DNA of 64,000 bases, taken from Dicyema japonicum. Its lineage: Eukaryota > Animalia > Dicyemida. A program made the position numbers and the translations under genes. The number at the start of each line of letters is the position of its first letter. Positions within the stretch are counted from its first letter, which is position 1. The notes below the pieces were generated by a model. It did not search any database and had not been told where the DNA came from. It saw only the letters and a program-made list of their open reading frames with translations. Of this stretch, positions 61,393 through 64,000 are shown piece after piece. The stretch lies in the NCBI GenBank assembly GCA_011109175.1, contig RDEW01000011.1, positions 366,193-430,192 of the forward strand. Reading direction: 5' to 3'.

Positions 61393-64000
61393 TTAGGTGG
61401 GAACGACTGATGACTTTTTTTTCTTGAGATATTTCCGATTAAATTTGTTGAAGCTTCTTTTAACACTTTTTTTAACGGTCTCTTTATTTCTGCTGTAAAT
61501 ATTTTCCAGAATATTAACTATAAATCCAACAATTATTCCAATAATGGCGCTCAAGAATACGCCTTAATAATATCAGCAAAAACCTGCAATCTGATTAAAA
61601 TCTCCGTTTTTTTCTTTAAATTGAATCGAACAGTTGTTTTCTGAAAACCTCAAGTGCCACTTTATTTCGAGTTGCTTCATTTGGGTTTCTAAGCATAATT
61701 GCAAATGACTACTTATGACATTCTTCAATAATAAATCGAAGGAAGATTTGTAAGAACTATTTTTGACAAAAGCGACTGCCAGATTGTGCTCGGCGAAATT
61801 AAATTTCAGTTGGTTGAACCTGCACTCTTTGTAGCTTTCATAAACGAGGCGTTCCTTTGGCAAAATAAGTCCATCGATTTGTCTATGTGAATGACAACCC
61901 ATACTTGTTTATTAATGCCTTTATTGCATCTTCTGTGGAGTTGTAGGTCCGTTTTAGCTTATAGAGGATTTCAAAATATTTTCTTTCCGATCGGAGTGAA
62001 TCAATAATAAAAGGGTCGTTCAAACTCCCAAAAATTAATCCCTGTAATAAAATTCCGTCAAATGAACTTGTTTTCCTGATTTTGAAATTTGTAAAAATTC
62101 TGAATGTTGAGTGACGAGAAATCCGGCTAACTGAGCGGTGTAGGAAGCCGAAATTATCATAGTCGCAAATGCCCAAACCAAACTCAATGTCTTGGCTGAA
62201 AAACTTCGAGGGATTCCTATTTGTATCAAATACTAAAGAACCTTCTCCAATAGCAGAGTTTACACCGACACTCAAAGTGAACCAAAATCCACTCGAAAGG
62301 TTCAGAGCATCCTTAACATGAGTTTCCTCAGATTCAAAAGAACCGAAAGGAGAAATTCTATCGAAGATATAAAATACCAGAGCAGTTGATAATATTGAAA
62401 AAATAATAAGCATCCAAAGGTTGAAGGAAAAGGGGTGTAAAAAGTTTGTAAAATCAATATTGGTAATTTCCTACAAAATTGATTGTGGTGTACCTTATTT
62501 TGTATTAGCACACTCTCTTGACTCCGAAATGAAATGCTATATGACACAAATTTTGCACGTTCTGCTGTGACGTACAAAGGAGCCAGAATAATATCTCTTT
62601 TCCCATAAATGAGGTCCCCTATCAACCCATTCCAGTATTTGAAGACAGAATTATTGTGCTTTGAATATTACAAAGTAATCACGTTTTTGTACGATCCGCC
62701 AACACCAGTATCAAGAATTAGTCTCATTGGAATCTTGACTTGGTTTTTGTAAAGTATTAAAATATCAATTAAAAATCCATAACAGCAGTAAAATACATTG
62801 GTTTCTCCCATAAAAATACATGTTACTTGCAGCAGCATCATAATGGACACACTCCATCTCCTGGGATGTACATTCTGTGTCTCTCATCCTCTTCATTGTG
62901 TACGGGATTATTTCAGGGGATGAAACCTTAGTCAGAGATACAACTACTCTAAGAATTTTATGTTTCTTTATTCCTGCGTTCGAACACGTGGTACAATTAA
63001 GTATTGATTCTGTGATTCCAGGTAGTAGATTAATATTCACATACATTTGGCTCTTTCAATTTATAGTTTCAGATACTGTACTAACTGCTGTCCCCACAAT
63101 TTCTATGCTGCTATTTTGTTTATTTACCAAAAAGTAGTTAAATGAAGTGCGATATCCGATGTCTGAAAACATAATTCTCCCGGAATATCCTACACTGTAG
63201 CTTACGATCATAAATCTGTACTACAAGCCAATAATACCTTACTAAAATTGATTCAACGCTGGAATAGCAGTGATCATATCTCGGATAGACCTTGTTAATT
63301 ATTTTCGAATGGTTGAATGCATATCTCGCATATGTAATGGCATCCTTGATGTATGCAAGCTCGTCAGTAACTTTTAGTTTGAACGAAAATGTTCCATTGG
63401 GAGTTTCCTTCAGATTTATCAAGGATTCATGCAGAAGCCAAATGTAAGAATCCAGCAAATTGAATTTTTTAGCCAAATCGAATATTATTGGAGCCACTTC
63501 AGGTCTGAGACATAAACAGGGGAGTTACTTGAAAAATCCAATAATCACGCCAGCAGAGATTGATGACATTTGAGTAATTATTTGGTCCATTTGTGTCATC
63601 CCTAATCTAATTACAATATCCTGATCAATCTGAAATTAGCATAAAATTTACTTCAACTTTCTTACGTTTCAACAATTTCACCATTTCAAGGCTCATACTG
63701 TCCCCACTGTTGATGAATGCTACTCTCGTCCACTTTAGCTTCATGATTAGATTCGTCATCAAATTTATCTCCTTTTCTACTGAGGAATACATGTGGAGTC
63801 GGTGAATGTATTTCTTAGTAAATAGGATATTATACATTAAAATACAAGCCGGAATTAATGCTGTAATAAGAACCTATGGAGACTGACGGAATAGACATAG
63901 ACGACAGTAAAATGTTGGTATAAAATTGTTGCGATTTATGATAACTCACAATTAGCAAGTTTGGTTTCACTTCTCGGATGGTTTGGCACATTTGTTGTAA
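61393..64000 (-). CDS. GRIN1: NMDA-type receptor subunit, GluN1-like (5' end beyond the window)
   Basis: [11 protein letters not shown]...APL...[18 protein letters not shown]|IPRSFSAK (GluN1 LNSGIGEGAPRSFSAR), [12 protein letters not shown]4 DFNQIAG|VFL...GIIVG; micro-introns; stop at 61393-61395. Confidence 0.9.

Noticed and set aside
61285-61400. GluN1-like C-terminus reading into the hAT target repeat
   Set aside because: With the 8-T run as written, the frame stops at 61393-61395, about 100 bp before the element.

Overview
This is AT-rich animal DNA from a compact genome whose genes are broken by very short GT-AG introns, mostly 18-28 nt. That pattern suggests a dicyemid mesozoan or a similarly reduced parasite such as a myxozoan or orthonectid (inference, not a database match). 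The micro-introns hide much of the gene structure from the ORF track. Host genes reconstructed by hand are: the 5' end of an eIF5A-like gene, a non-alpha nicotinic ACh receptor subunit, an LRR protein, BUB3, SNAP-25 (absent from the ORF track), a minimal single-BRC BRCA2, TAF1, TRMT2A, a CDK-like kinase with pseudokinase signatures, GatB, a GluN3-like and a GluN1-like NMDA receptor subunit. Intergenic DNA is mostly transposons: CRE-clade and RTE-clade LINEs, CR1-like 3' ends, a ~330-370 bp non-autonomous element sharing the CR1-like tail hairpin, tRNA-derived elements, a FLYWCH/MULE element with tandem-repeat TIRs and an 8-bp TSD, two pogo/Tigger remnants, and a Buster-type hAT with an RTE nested inside. 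The most interesting leads are (i) a linked GluN1/GluN3 pair in which GluN1 has lost its canonical glycine-binding residues while GluN3 keeps them, (ii) a CDK with DFG->GFG and no Gly-rich loop, and (iii) an exact 36-bp copy of GluN3 coding sequence inside an upstream repeat region. Several conserved genes have single-base frameshifts at homopolymers, which look like assembly errors. Coordinates of degraded elements are approximate.
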